From Candidatus Omnitrophota bacterium (GTDB lineage: Bacteria; Omnitrophota; Gorgyraeia; 2-01-FULL-45-10), in the NCBI GenBank assembly GCA_041661345.1, contig JBAZUO010000007.1:1-64000 (forward strand): a stretch of 64,000 bases of DNA, given 5' to 3'. The translations under genes were made by a program, and so were the position numbers. Positions 1 to 10,776 of the stretch are shown here, in pieces. Every line of letters begins with the position of its first letter. Within the stretch, counting starts at the first letter, position 1. The notes beneath the pieces are model-generated. The model saw only the letters and a program-made list of their open reading frames with translations, did no database searches and was not told the origin of the DNA.

Positions 1-725
1 AAAAAGCGCAGGGTAATTACGTGCTCATATTGAACAGTGATACTATGCTGCTGGGCCCCCTAAAGCCGCTATTGGATCTTATGGATAGCGATCAGGCTAT
101 AGGATTGATGGGATGCGCGATATATGACGATGACATGAATTTGTATCCTTATAAACACCATTTCCCCAACATCTTCTCCGAGTTATATAAATTGACAATC
201 ATGAGTGTCAAGGATGTGAGCTCGTTGTTTACATCCCATAAAAGAAATGAACCTGTAAACGTAGCCTGTGTTGATTGGGTCGAAGGATGCTTTATGCTTA
301 CCAGGCGCGATATTTTGAATAGGGCCGGTTGCATGGATGAGGGATATTTCTTATATTATGAAGATATCGATCTATGTTATTCAATTGAAAAACGATTAGG
401 AATGAAAGTAGTATATTACCCATATACTAAAGTGGTACATTCCGGGAGCAAGAGCACGAATTTTTCAGACGCATTGCATCTCCAGCAATACTATGCAAGC
501 TGCGTGAGATATTTTTCAAAACATAGGGGTACGATCTATGCGGCCGTTTTTTCTATGGTTTGCATATCTTGCTGGATAATTTTATTCACTGTCGTGGGAT
601 TGTCAAGATTGGTATTTCCTAAGGCAGGACGATTAAGAAGAAAACATGATATGCTTATCACGGCTTTAAAAAAAGCGATAGGGGATGCCTTTAAGGTAAA
701 ATCCGGTGCGAAGGCGCTTTTATGA
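1..725 (+). CDS. Glycosyltransferase family 2 (5' end cut by window edge)
   Basis: The reading frame is already open at nt 3 (KAQGNY-VLILNSDT...), so the GTG at 21 is probably internal. It has GT-A type motifs LNSDT and YYEDIDLC and a C-terminal TM helix. Its stop overlaps the next start. Confidence 0.8.
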   Translation, partial: KAQGNYVLILNSDTMLLGPLKPLLDLMDSDQAIGLMGCAIYDDDMNLYPYKHHFPNIFSELYKLTIMSVKDVSSLFTSHKRNEPVNVACVDWVEGCFMLTRRDILNRAGCMDEGYFLYYEDIDLCYSIEKRLGMKVVYYPYTKVVHSGSKSTNFSDALHLQQYYASCVRYFSKHRGTIYAAVFSMVCISCWIILFTVVGLSRLVFPKAGRLRRKHDMLITALKKAIGDAFKVKSGAKALL

Positions 726-1648
726 ATACCAACTGTCCTATTTGTCATTATTCTGTGTGCGATCTTGTATATAATGCCATGGGCTCCGGTAAACAAATGT
801 TCAAAATAGTTAAATGTAAAAAATGCAGCCATATCTTTACATTAGTTCCCGGTGATGTTATTACATCTTCTTTGTATACAGGCGGCGACTACAAAGTTAT
901 TGACAGGAGACGCTCTATTTTTGAGACGATCTTAAAATCAGAGTATAAAAAAATTATAAGACGATGTGAGGCTCATTTTTCGGAAAAAGGCAGCCTTCTC
1001 GATTTTGGATGCGGTAAAGGATTATTCCTGTACGTGGCAAAAAAGCGTGGATGGAAAGTGGCAGGAGTGGAGACATCTTCCTCTAGAGCAAAATATGGCA
1101 TGGAAACATATGGTTTGGATATCAGCACAAACGAATATAGGCATGAAGAAGGCAGTATTGGCCACGGCCTATTCAATGTCATAACCTTTTTTCATGTTAT
1201 AGAGCATATTGTAAACCCGGGAGAATTACTTTCCGCGCTTCTTGATAAGAATCTTTTAAAAAACGGTTTGGTTATAATAGAAGTTCCAAACATTAATAGC
1301 CTTCAGTCGAAGATGTCTAAAGGTAATTGGATGCACTTAGATGTGCCCAGGCATATCTCCCATTTCAGCGAAAAGAGCGTAGACGATTTATTGACTTATT
1401 TAGGCTTAAGAGCTGTCAGGCGTGAATATTTCTCTTTTCATTTAGGTGTATTGGGCATGCTGCAAAGCTTATTTACCGTGTTCGGATATAATAGGCGGCT
1501 TTTATTTGAGCTCAAGGAAAAGCCGTCGCCATTTCTATTGGGCATGGTGGTTTTGTTCCTGCCCTTAGCTTTTGTTTTAGAAGCGGCAGCTTCCATCTTT
1601 AAACAAGGCGGCATTTTACGAATATATGCTATAAAAAATAAAGGATAG
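722..1648 (+). CDS. Class I SAM-dependent methyltransferase with N-terminal zinc ribbon
   Basis: 308-aa ORF with CPICHYS...CKKCSH Cys pairs and the SAM-binding motif LLDFGCGKGLF. It has an ATGA overlap with the upstream gene and a C-terminal hydrophobic segment. Confidence 0.8.
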   Translation: MNTNCPICHYSVCDLVYNAMGSGKQMFKIVKCKKCSHIFTLVPGDVITSSLYTGGDYKVIDRRRSIFETILKSEYKKIIRRCEAHFSEKGSLLDFGCGKGLFLYVAKKRGWKVAGVETSSSRAKYGMETYGLDISTNEYRHEEGSIGHGLFNVITFFHVIEHIVNPGELLSALLDKNLLKNGLVIIEVPNINSLQSKMSKGNWMHLDVPRHISHFSEKSVDDLLTYLGLRAVRREYFSFHLGVLGMLQSLFTVFGYNRRLLFELKEKPSPFLLGMVVLFLPLAFVLEAAASIFKQGGILRIYAIKNKG

Positions 1649-1651
1649 CGA

Positions 1652-2821
1652 ATGAAGGTTCTTTTTATAACCAGCGAATTCCCAAACATCAGAGGCGGGA
1701 TATCCGATTACGCGTACAAGCTGATGGAATCAATGAGAGATTCCGGGAATGAACTCCATGTTTTGACCACAGATGATAAGGCCATAATCGATAGAAGCGA
1801 TTTTTGCAGAATTTATAAAGCTATAAAGTTATGGACTGCGAATGAATATCCTGTAATAAAAAAAATAATTGATGATATCAATCCGGATATAGTCCACGTT
1901 CACCATGACACGGCCTATTTTAAGACTAAGAAAGTATTATTGAATCTGATACCATTTTTCGTGAAAGTTAATTTTCGGAAAATCAAAGTTATTACAACGA
2001 TCCACGAATTCAGGGGCCATAGGCTCAGGTGGAAATTAAGGGTATTGGCCGACGTATTGTTTAGCGATAAGTCTATCTTTGTTGATTTTTGGGATTTGAT
2101 GGTATTGAAGCGGCAATTTGGATTGATACCGTCAGGTAGATTGGAAAATATCCCGATAGCCTCAAATATCATTCCTGAGAAAATGTATCTAAGTATATCA
2201 AAACCGGAATTAAGAAAAAGCCTCGGACTAGAAAAGGATGGCGTGCTGATATTTTATTTTGGCGAGGTTGTCCCGCCCAAAGGACTGGAGTTTTTGATCT
2301 CGACTTTTGAAAAAATAGCACAAAGTAATAAAACTGCGAAATTGCTTCTTGTATTGAATATATTCAGGGAGGGCTATAAAAAGAATCTTTATCAGGCCGG
2401 TATCTTAAAAAGGATAGAAGAAAGTATTTTTAAAGAAAGAATAATAACCGTTGCCGACCAAAACGCCGATAAACTAAGCCAGTATATGCTAGCATCCGAT
2501 ATAGCCGTTTATCCTTTTACGATGGGCGCTTCTTATCAGAGAGGTACCTTTCTGGCAAGCCTGGCGCATGGTATGCCAACGTTAACTACCTATCACCCCG
2601 ACTTTTATCCGCCTATGATAATCAATGGAAGCGATGCGGTTCTCATAAAAGTTGGCGACATAGACTTATTCTATGAAAAGCTCGAAGAGCTTATTAATAA
2701 TGAAAGCATGCGTGAAAAAATCAGTGTTAATGCCAGAAGATTCTATGAAGAAAATTTTTCATGGGAGTCTATAGGAATAAAAACGGCCGGGTTGTATAGT
2801 AGATTAGCGTCAGGGATTTGA
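1652..2821 (+). CDS. Glycosyltransferase, GT-B fold (GT4-like)
   Basis: 389-aa ORF with the N-terminus MKVLFITSEFPNIRGGISDY typical of GT4 enzymes. It is tightly packed in the glycan operon. Confidence 0.7.
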   Translation: MKVLFITSEFPNIRGGISDYAYKLMESMRDSGNELHVLTTDDKAIIDRSDFCRIYKAIKLWTANEYPVIKKIIDDINPDIVHVHHDTAYFKTKKVLLNLIPFFVKVNFRKIKVITTIHEFRGHRLRWKLRVLADVLFSDKSIFVDFWDLMVLKRQFGLIPSGRLENIPIASNIIPEKMYLSISKPELRKSLGLEKDGVLIFYFGEVVPPKGLEFLISTFEKIAQSNKTAKLLLVLNIFREGYKKNLYQAGILKRIEESIFKERIITVADQNADKLSQYMLASDIAVYPFTMGASYQRGTFLASLAHGMPTLTTYHPDFYPPMIINGSDAVLIKVGDIDLFYEKLEELINNESMREKISVNARRFYEENFSWESIGIKTAGLYSRLASGI

Positions 2822-3966
2822 GCATGAAAAAAATATTATTTTTGCACGGGTCATCGGAACTTTACGGCGCAAGCAAGGTATTGCTCTCGATTCTGGCAAG
2901 CCTTGACAGGAAAACAATAAAGCCTATCGTCGTGTTACCATATCGGGGTATACTTTATGATAATATAAAATCTTTGGGGGTATCAGTAGAAATTGGGCCT
3001 ATCGCCATACTCCGAAGGCAGAATTTTAATCCTGTAGGATCAATAGGCCTTATCTCGGATTTGATTAAAAGTATTCGATTTATCAGAAAACTCGATAAGG
3101 CCTATTCCATAGATATGGTATATTCCAATACGAGCGCGGTGTTGTCGGGCGCGATATATACCAGACTTTTTAGGAAAAAACATATCTGGCATGTTCATGA
3201 AATAACCGTAACGCCGGCTTTATTTAGATGGCTGATGCCCAGATTGATTAACACGTTTTCTGATGCATGCATAGCTGTTTCTAACGCAGTAAAGAGCTAT
3301 CTTGTGTCCTCCGGTATCGGAAAAACGAATATAACAGTAGTTTATAATGGTACAGATGGATTAAGAAAAGCCGCTTCACGTGTAGATTCAAAGCCTTATG
3401 AAGGGAAGAAGGTTGTTGGGATGGTTGGCAGGTTGAATCGATGGAAGGGCCAGGAGGTTTTTGTAGGTGCGGCCTCCAAGGTTATTGAAAGCGGATTGGA
3501 TGTACAGTTTCTGATAGCGGGAAGTTGCTTTAAAAACGAAGAGATATATGACGACAGACTGAAGAAATTGATCTCGACGTTAAAACTTGAAGGCAAGGTC
3601 AGGATAGTCGGCTTTGTTGATGATATAGCCGGCTTCTATGAAGATATCGACATCCTGGTAGTCCCGTCGATATTACCTGAACCTTTTGGTCTTGTGGCTA
3701 TCGAAGCCATGTCCTGTAAGAAGCCGATTATCGCGTCGAATATAGGCGCGCTGCCGGAAATAGTAGTTGATGGAAAGACCGGGGTTCTGTTTGAGCCCGG
3801 CGACGCTGAGCAGCTTAAGAACGCCATAATACAATTGATTAAAGATGATGCCCTGTGTTTAGCGATGGGTCAGGCGGGTTTCGAAAGACAGGCCGTTTGC
3901 TTTAATGGGGAAAAGTTTCGAAAGGGGATCAATGAGGTTATATGGACTTCTTTAGAAGAAGAATAA
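2818..3966 (+). CDS. Glycosyltransferase family 4/1
   Basis: 382 aa with the GT-B C-terminal signature VVPSILPEPFGLVAIEAMSCKKPIIASNIGALPEIVVDGKTGVLFEPGD (EX7E type). Confidence 0.85.
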   Translation: MSMKKILFLHGSSELYGASKVLLSILASLDRKTIKPIVVLPYRGILYDNIKSLGVSVEIGPIAILRRQNFNPVGSIGLISDLIKSIRFIRKLDKAYSIDMVYSNTSAVLSGAIYTRLFRKKHIWHVHEITVTPALFRWLMPRLINTFSDACIAVSNAVKSYLVSSGIGKTNITVVYNGTDGLRKAASRVDSKPYEGKKVVGMVGRLNRWKGQEVFVGAASKVIESGLDVQFLIAGSCFKNEEIYDDRLKKLISTLKLEGKVRIVGFVDDIAGFYEDIDILVVPSILPEPFGLVAIEAMSCKKPIIASNIGALPEIVVDGKTGVLFEPGDAEQLKNAIIQLIKDDALCLAMGQAGFERQAVCFNGEKFRKGINEVIWTSLEEE

Positions 3967-4775
3967 TACTGCTTATCGAATACCTTATAGGTTATAAAGC
4001 GTATTCATCTTATGTGAAACCGGAAGAGATCCTCAGGATGTTGACGGAACCTTCGCTAAAAAATAGAGCATTTAGATATATAGAAAATATCACCGGTGAT
4101 CTTAACAGCCCTTATCTTATTGTGAAATTGAAAACATGTGAAAATCCTTTGTATTGGCCTAAAAAATTCGATATACGGGAGTTATATCAAGTCATATCGG
4201 AGGTTTTTAACGAGAGGGATTGGCACTATTATGAGGCAGGCCAGACCATTGTTTGTGATAAGGATATCGTTGTAGACTGCGGGGCCAGCGAGGGCGCCTT
4301 CTCTATTAAAAATTATACGAAATCGAAGTTTACATATATTGTGGAACCGATAAAAACATTTGCGGATTCCTTGAATAAAACGTTTGAAAATGCCGGCAAC
4401 GTCGAGATAATCAATTGCGCGCTGGGAGACGGGAGCCTTAAAGAAGTCGGCATAGATGAAAACACTATATTTTCATCGGTCTCTTCCAATTCACTGGAAA
4501 GGGTTAGATCATGCACGATAGACGAGTTGTTTTTTGATAAGCATATAACCTATATAAAAGCGGATGTAGAAGGTAGCGAAATGATGCTTTTGAACGGCGC
4601 GGCAAAAACCATAGCTAAAGAAAGGCCAAAAATGGCCATAGCAACATATCATGATGCCAATGACTGGCGGCAAATGTTAAACTTTGTAAAAAATATTTGT
4701 CCGGACTATAAATACCGTATAAACGGAATATATCACATGAATAGAAAACCGGTTTTGTTGCATATGTGGGTTTAA
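3942..4775 (+). CDS. FkbM-family methyltransferase
   Basis: 277 aa with the motifs VVDCGASEGAFS and IKADVEGSE, characteristic of FkbM-type SAM methyltransferases. Confidence 0.75.
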   Translation: MDFFRRRIILLIEYLIGYKAYSSYVKPEEILRMLTEPSLKNRAFRYIENITGDLNSPYLIVKLKTCENPLYWPKKFDIRELYQVISEVFNERDWHYYEAGQTIVCDKDIVVDCGASEGAFSIKNYTKSKFTYIVEPIKTFADSLNKTFENAGNVEIINCALGDGSLKEVGIDENTIFSSVSSNSLERVRSCTIDELFFDKHITYIKADVEGSEMMLLNGAAKTIAKERPKMAIATYHDANDWRQMLNFVKNICPDYKYRINGIYHMNRKPVLLHMWV

Positions 4776-4779
4776 AAAT

Positions 4780-5877
4780 ATGAAAATAGCCATAATAGGA
4801 ACTCGCGGAATACCGTCAAACTACGGCGGCTTTGAAACCTTTGCGGAAGAGCTTGGCGTAAGGCTTGCACACAGGGGGAATAAAGTCACCGTATATTGCC
4901 GCTCGCATTACATGACGATCAAGGACCGCGTTTACAAAGGTGTTAATTTAACAGTGTTGCCTACTATCAGGCATAAATATTTTGATACGATATTTCACAC
5001 CCTTCTTTCCACATTGCATGTCATATTCACTGATACAGAGGTTGTGTACTTCTGCAATCCTATTAACAGCGTTTTTACTATTATTCCCAGGATATTTGGT
5101 AAGAGAACTCTAATAAATGTAGACGGCCTTGAATGGAAACGAAGGAAATGGAACCGCCCGGCCAGGGCAGCGTATAAGCTGTCGGAACGGATCGCGGCGA
5201 TATTCCCTAATGCCGTTGTAACAGACTCGAAAGCTATACAATTCTATTACAAAAAAACCTATGGTAAGGATACCGAGTATATATCGTACGGCGCTGATAT
5301 GCGGGCGCGTGTTCCCGCGGGGCCCGTTATGAAAAAATATGAACTGCAGGAACGCAATTTTATTTTATATATCAGCAGGCTTGAACCTGAGAATAATGCC
5401 CATATTCTCGTTAAGGCATATGAGAAAACCAAAGGACAGATGCCGCTCATTATCGTCGGAGACGCCCCTTATAACAAAAAATACATCAGTGAGCTTAGGG
5501 CAACGAAAGATAGCCGCATAAAATTTGTAGGCAGCATATACGGCGACGGGTATTTCGAATTATTAAGCAATGCGTTTATCTATATACACGGAAATGAAGT
5601 AGGCGGAACAAACCCGGCGCTTTTACAGGCGATGGCTTCAGGAAATTGCGTGGTAGTGAACGGGATCGATTTTAATAAGGAGGTTATCGGCGATAGCGGT
5701 ATTTGGACGAGACCGAATGATACCGATGACCTAAAAAATAAAATAGAATATCTGTTGGGCCACCCTGAGGAAGCAGAGAAGTACCGTCGTTTGGCCGTAG
5801 AAAGGATCGAGAAATATTACAGATGGGATGAGGTTGTGGACAAGACAGAAAAGCTAATGAAAGCGCTTTTACGATGA
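4780..5877 (+). CDS. Glycosyltransferase family 1 with DUF1972-type N-terminal domain
   Basis: 365 aa. The N-terminus MKIAIIGTRGIPSNYGGFETFAEEL is followed by a GT1 C-domain (GGTNPALLQAMASGNCVV). Confidence 0.8.
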   Translation: MKIAIIGTRGIPSNYGGFETFAEELGVRLAHRGNKVTVYCRSHYMTIKDRVYKGVNLTVLPTIRHKYFDTIFHTLLSTLHVIFTDTEVVYFCNPINSVFTIIPRIFGKRTLINVDGLEWKRRKWNRPARAAYKLSERIAAIFPNAVVTDSKAIQFYYKKTYGKDTEYISYGADMRARVPAGPVMKKYELQERNFILYISRLEPENNAHILVKAYEKTKGQMPLIIVGDAPYNKKYISELRATKDSRIKFVGSIYGDGYFELLSNAFIYIHGNEVGGTNPALLQAMASGNCVVVNGIDFNKEVIGDSGIWTRPNDTDDLKNKIEYLLGHPEEAEKYRRLAVERIEKYYRWDEVVDKTEKLMKALLR

Positions 5878-6914
5878 AAAATAAAATACGCTGTGCCGTC
5901 ATCAATATAATTTTAATAGCGTTTATCGTCTTATCGGGCTTTATCATCACAAGACCTCTTCTGGCGGAGATATACTTTAACAGAGCCGGGTTTAGCGATG
6001 CCATAAGGACGGATCCATTTAGCTCACGGTATCCTGCGGGCTTCGGAGAAGCCATATTAAAGGAAAAACGTTATCATGATGATGCGGCGTATCTTGATCG
6101 GGCCACGCGGTTCTATGAGCGGGCACTGCAGCTTAATCCGGGATGCGCGGACTATTCATTAAAATTGGGACAGATCGAGATAGCCTTATTTTTAAAAGAT
6201 GAAACGAAAACGGGACTTATTAAAAGTGCGTTTAATAACTTTAGACGCGCTATAAAAAATGACCCGAACGGGTTTAACATTTCTTATTCCGCGGGATACG
6301 CCGGAATATCTGTTTGGAAATTCCTCGATCACGACGAGAAAGAATTCATTTTGGATAGGCTTAAATACAGTCTTAGGGTGAGACCGCTGTATTCAAGATA
6401 CATCTATCCTGAATTATGGAACGAGACGATGGACCTGAATCTCCTGCGCAGGTTAGAACCGCCCGGCCGTGAACCGGATGGGTATATTTCCAGGCTCGAA
6501 AGGATGGAGCGGATCAGGAGCACGGCAAGGCGCACGCTTAACGTGGCGAAGGTTGTCATAGAAAGCGACTGGCATGGCATCTCCTATGATAAAAAGAATG
6601 TTTATGTGGATGGAAACATGTTTTGGGCAGGGACGATTGACGCGGCTATAATTATGCCGCGCGGAAAGTCGACGATTAAAATTCAGGCAAAGGGCTCGCC
6701 GGCGGACGGCATCTTTCCGTATATGATGGTGGAGCTCGACGGTAGGATCGTAGGCAAGGCGTATATTCGGAATACTGATTGGGTAGATTATAAATTTACG
6801 GTTAACACGGACGGCGGTATAAAGGTTTTAGGTGTTACTTACGTAAATGACAGCACGGATCCGGTGAAGGCCGAGGATAGGAACCTTTATATAGGCCGCG
6901 CCGAGGCTATATAA
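5874..6914 (+). CDS. Membrane-anchored TPR-like protein with C-terminal carbohydrate-binding-like beta domain
   Basis: 346 aa with an N-terminal TM helix and TPR-like helices (ATRFYERALQLNPGCADY). The C-terminal roughly 120 aa are beta-rich and end NDSTDPVKAEDRNLYIGRAEAI, resembling CBM-like modules. The function is inferred only. Confidence 0.45.
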   Translation: MKNKIRCAVINIILIAFIVLSGFIITRPLLAEIYFNRAGFSDAIRTDPFSSRYPAGFGEAILKEKRYHDDAAYLDRATRFYERALQLNPGCADYSLKLGQIEIALFLKDETKTGLIKSAFNNFRRAIKNDPNGFNISYSAGYAGISVWKFLDHDEKEFILDRLKYSLRVRPLYSRYIYPELWNETMDLNLLRRLEPPGREPDGYISRLERMERIRSTARRTLNVAKVVIESDWHGISYDKKNVYVDGNMFWAGTIDAAIIMPRGKSTIKIQAKGSPADGIFPYMMVELDGRIVGKAYIRNTDWVDYKFTVNTDGGIKVLGVTYVNDSTDPVKAEDRNLYIGRAEAI

Positions 6915-6922
6915 ATAACCAT

Positions 6923-8152
6923 ATGAGAAATATCCTTTTATTCGGGCTTGCCTTTTTACTGATATTCGCGCCGGTTGCGCGAGGAGCGGTGAGAATTTGG
7001 TCTATAAGTATAGTTTTACTCGTAGAGACGTTTCTTGTTTTCTTATGGTTATGGCGCGCCAATAATGCCGACACCTATTCTTTCAAACGGACAAAGCTAG
7101 ATTACCCTATTCTCCTTTTCGCTATTATTGCGGTGATATCTTTTATATTCTCGGTCTATCGACATGATAGCTTTTATGCCCTTGTCAGGCTCTTCGGATA
7201 TATAGGCATATACTACCTTGTCGTGAATGAATTCGATCATGATTTGAGAAAGAAATTGGTGTGGTTTATCATATTTACAGGAACAGCGATATCGGCATAC
7301 GGGATTTTGCAATACTTTGGAACGTTAAACCGCGAATGGTGGTTCCCCCAGGGGTTTTTAGCCTCCACCTATGTTAATCATAACCATTTTGCCGGGTATC
7401 TTGAATTGATCATACCGTTTACGATAGGATTTATTTTAAAAATAAACTGGCGCAATACTGATGCCGGAAAAAAAGGTGCAGGATTGTGGAATATTGCTCT
7501 TCTCCCCGCGCTGGTTATCATGATGATGGCTTTTGTTTTAACCCAGTCTCGCGGTGCATGGTTAGCCCTGTTCGCGTCCTTTTTTGTGATAAGCGTCGTT
7601 TACATAAATACGATACGCACCAATAAGAAGGCCGTTATTGTGCTGATCCTCATCGTGATCATCGCCGTGTCTTTTTTCTATTTTGGTAAAGAGGTAGTAT
7701 CGGAACGGATGGATTTGATTACGGGGGCTAGGGCGCCAAATACCTCGACCCAAACAAGACTGTTAATATGGCGCGGCACTATCGATTTGATCACGAACAG
7801 TCCATTGATAGGCTGCGGGATAGGAGATTATATCTGGGCATTTACGCGTTTCAGGCCTGAAGGCCTTGATGTAACGGCGAATTCCGCGCATAATGATTAT
7901 CTCGAAATGGCGGCGGAGATGGGAATTGCGGCACCGGTAATTTTTATCTTGATGATCGCGATAATAATTACAAGCGTGATAAAGAATAGCAGGGTCGATC
8001 CGTTAAGGGTCGGCTGTGTTGCCGGGATCTTAAGCCTTTCCCTGCACGGCCTGGTCGATTTCAATTTTCATATACCCGCGAATATGTTATTATTTACCGT
8101 GTACGCCGCGATTATAATGAGCACTTCCCGCGAACATAAAGAGGAGCGATAA
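6923..8152 (+). CDS. O-antigen ligase / Wzy-like polymerase family membrane protein
   Basis: 409 aa with about 10 TM helices and a periplasmic-loop motif SAHNDYLEMAAEMGI typical of the Wzy_C/O-antigen ligase family. Confidence 0.75.
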   Translation: MRNILLFGLAFLLIFAPVARGAVRIWSISIVLLVETFLVFLWLWRANNADTYSFKRTKLDYPILLFAIIAVISFIFSVYRHDSFYALVRLFGYIGIYYLVVNEFDHDLRKKLVWFIIFTGTAISAYGILQYFGTLNREWWFPQGFLASTYVNHNHFAGYLELIIPFTIGFILKINWRNTDAGKKGAGLWNIALLPALVIMMMAFVLTQSRGAWLALFASFFVISVVYINTIRTNKKAVIVLILIVIIAVSFFYFGKEVVSERMDLITGARAPNTSTQTRLLIWRGTIDLITNSPLIGCGIGDYIWAFTRFRPEGLDVTANSAHNDYLEMAAEMGIAAPVIFILMIAIIITSVIKNSRVDPLRVGCVAGILSLSLHGLVDFNFHIPANMLLFTVYAAIIMSTSREHKEER

Positions 8153-9606
8153 TGCTGCGCGAAAAAGACAAAGTTTTCAGGAACGCGATGGTGTTATTTG
8201 ACGCCTTTATTATATCCCTGGTATTTCTGTTTTCGTTCTTCCTGAGGCTTCACATTCATGATTTTTACAAGCTGGACTTATTTCCCGGCACGAGCTTAAT
8301 AGTTGATACATCCTCGCTATCGATTAGCGATTATTTGATAGTTCTATTCTTCGTAGTCCCGATATGGAGTGCCGCGCTCTATCTTAACGGCATGTATAAG
8401 AGCCTGCGAACGAAGACCAGTTCCGGCGTGTTATGGATAATATTGAAGGCCGCTTTTTTCACCGCGATAACTTTTGGGGCCGCGGCATTTGTATTCAAAC
8501 TGAAATTTGTAAGCAGGGCCTTTTTTGTAATTTTTATGGCTATAAGCGTATTTGCCTTGATGGCCGAGAAGATCGCTATATTTACCGTAGCCCACTATAT
8601 GCGCAAACAGGGTTACAATTACAGGAGGCTTATTGTCGTAGGTACTGGAAGACGTGCCAGCCAATTCATAAGTAATGTCAGGAACCATCTGGAGTGGGGC
8701 TTAAGGATCGTTGGTTTGATAGATTACGATGAAGGCTTGAAGGGGAAGGAGTTCGAGGGCTCAAAGGTCATAGGTACGCTCGACGATCTGCCGGGGATCC
8801 TGCATGGCCGTTCGATAGATGAGGTTGTTTTTATCGTTCCGAGGGCCAAGCTGGATTCGATACAAAAATCCATTTATGTTTGTGAGACCGAAGGAGTGAA
8901 GGCTACTATCGCCGCCGACCTATTTGAATTAAAAATAGCCAGGGCCAAACTGACGGAGCTTGAGGGAATGCCGCTCGTGACATTCGAGACGACGGTTGCC
9001 GAAGAGTGGGAACTTTTTATCAAGAGAGGCTTCGATATCGTCGCGTCCGGATTAGGAATAATTATATTAAGTCCGGTATTTTTATTGACAGCGATTTTGG
9101 TTAAGCTGACGTCTCCCGGCCCGGTATTTTACATTAACAAGAGGGTGGGCCTGAATGGCAGAAAATTTGTTTTTTACAAATTCCGGTCCATGTATAGAGG
9201 GGCCCATGTAAAATTGTCTGAACTCATGGAAAAAAATGAAATGAACGGGCCGATATTCAAGATAAAGAACGATCCCAGGATAACCCCGTTAGGCAGGTTT
9301 ATGAGAAAGTTCAGCATAGATGAGCTTCCCCAGCTTTTCAATGTGCTGATCGGCGAGATGAGCCTCGTGGGGCCCAGGCCGCCGATCCCGCAGGAAGTGG
9401 CCCGTTATGAGCCATGGCAGAGAAGAAGGCTGTCGATGCGGCCGGGCATTACATGTATATGGCAGGTAAGCGGCAGGTCCAAGATAGGTTTTGATGAATG
9501 GATGAGGATGGATCTTGAATATATAGATAACTGGTCATTGTGGCTGGATGTTAAAATTTTATTAAAGACTATCCCCGCGGTCTTATTCGGCATCGGGGCT
9601 TACTAA
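8152..9606 (+). CDS. Polyprenyl glycosylphosphotransferase (WbaP-like priming sugar transferase)
   Basis: 484 aa. It has N-terminal TM helices, a central Rossmann-like segment (RRLIVVGTGRRASQF) and a C-terminal bacterial sugar-transferase domain (KRVGLNGRKFVFYKFRSM...DELPQLFNVLIGEMSLVGPRPP). Confidence 0.9.
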   Translation: MLREKDKVFRNAMVLFDAFIISLVFLFSFFLRLHIHDFYKLDLFPGTSLIVDTSSLSISDYLIVLFFVVPIWSAALYLNGMYKSLRTKTSSGVLWIILKAAFFTAITFGAAAFVFKLKFVSRAFFVIFMAISVFALMAEKIAIFTVAHYMRKQGYNYRRLIVVGTGRRASQFISNVRNHLEWGLRIVGLIDYDEGLKGKEFEGSKVIGTLDDLPGILHGRSIDEVVFIVPRAKLDSIQKSIYVCETEGVKATIAADLFELKIARAKLTELEGMPLVTFETTVAEEWELFIKRGFDIVASGLGIIILSPVFLLTAILVKLTSPGPVFYINKRVGLNGRKFVFYKFRSMYRGAHVKLSELMEKNEMNGPIFKIKNDPRITPLGRFMRKFSIDELPQLFNVLIGEMSLVGPRPPIPQEVARYEPWQRRRLSMRPGITCIWQVSGRSKIGFDEWMRMDLEYIDNWSLWLDVKILLKTIPAVLFGIGAY

Positions 9607-9629
9607 AATGATTCCGGAGGGTTTTAGTC

Positions 9630-10220
9630 ATGAGAAATAAGAGCGGTCTATTATTGATTTCGGTGTTATTGCTCGTCATGCTGCCGATATCGGGATGCGG
9701 TAAGAAGCCCGAGGTGAGCATGCTGAAGGTTGTGGCAAAGATAAATAATTACGAGCTTACTACAGAGGATTTCAGGGAAGAGGCCCGTCTCGCGCTTGCG
9801 CGTCAATATCCGATAGGCGAGTCGGATAAGGCCAAGGAAGATCTCCTGGATGAAATGATAGTAAAGAAGTTATTGATACAGGAGGCCCAGGCGCACAACT
9901 TCGACAAAGACAGGGCGTTCATGAAAGAAATAGAGAGGTACTGGGAGCAGGCGTTATTGAAGCTTCTTATAAAAAATAAGATCCAGGAGTTTGCGCAGCA
10001 TATCACCGTAGACGAAGATGAAGTGAAGAAAGAATATGACAGGATAATAAGCCAGGAAGGCTCGGGCGCTGGATCGTTTGAGAAACTTTCCACCGGCATA
10101 AGGAGCGACTTAAGGCGAAAAAAAATAAATGACGCGTTTAATAATTGGATATCGGGTTTAAAAAGTAAATCGAATGTGAAAGTGTACAAAGAAAATTTAA
10201 AGTACATTGTTGTTAAATAA
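9630..10220 (+). CDS. Lipoprotein with SurA-N-terminal-like chaperone domain
   Basis: 196 aa with a lipobox (LPISGCG). The helical region (EDLLDEMIVKKLLIQEAQ) resembles the SurA/PpiD N-domain, but no PPIase domain is present. Confidence 0.5.
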   Translation: MRNKSGLLLISVLLLVMLPISGCGKKPEVSMLKVVAKINNYELTTEDFREEARLALARQYPIGESDKAKEDLLDEMIVKKLLIQEAQAHNFDKDRAFMKEIERYWEQALLKLLIKNKIQEFAQHITVDEDEVKKEYDRIISQEGSGAGSFEKLSTGIRSDLRRKKINDAFNNWISGLKSKSNVKVYKENLKYIVVK

Positions 10221-10231
10221 GAGAGGTTCCC

Positions 10232-10765
10232 ATGGATAAACCGGTCTTGGAGAGAAGAAGGCATTATTACATCAATAAACAATTTCAGAGAAACTTCATA
10301 CTGAAATTCTGCGCGCTGGCGCTTGTCGGTTCGATAGTTTCCGGCTGTATCATTTACATGATGTCTCAGGCGACTGTAACGACGACATTTGAGAACTCGA
10401 GGCTCACGATGAAGAGCACGGCAGACTATATTTTACCGGCCGTATTTCTCGCGACAGCGATAGTTATTATTCTGGTGGGGGCCGCGACTGTATTTATCAC
10501 GCTGTTCACATCACATAAAATAGCGGGGCCGCTGTATAGAATAGAAAAGGATATCGATGAGGTGACAAGCGGAAACCTCAAAGTCCTTTTCCATTTAAGA
10601 AATGGCGATGAGATAAAGCCGATAGTAGCCCGCCTTAATGCCATGGTTGAATCTTTAAGGCATCGTGTCGCGGATATTAAGGAGGCAGTAAACGACCTTG
10701 ACGCGGGTTCCAATAAAGAGAAGATCAAACGGATTAAAGATGCGGTGGATAAATTAAAAACCTGA
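10232..10765 (+). CDS. Two-TM HAMP-domain protein without output domain
   Basis: 177 aa with two TM helices followed by a HAMP-like segment (SHKIAGPLYRIEKDIDEVTSGNL...IVARLNAMVESL) and a short coiled coil. Confidence 0.6.
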   Translation: MDKPVLERRRHYYINKQFQRNFILKFCALALVGSIVSGCIIYMMSQATVTTTFENSRLTMKSTADYILPAVFLATAIVIILVGAATVFITLFTSHKIAGPLYRIEKDIDEVTSGNLKVLFHLRNGDEIKPIVARLNAMVESLRHRVADIKEAVNDLDAGSNKEKIKRIKDAVDKLKT

Positions 10766-10776
10766 CCTCTATCGAT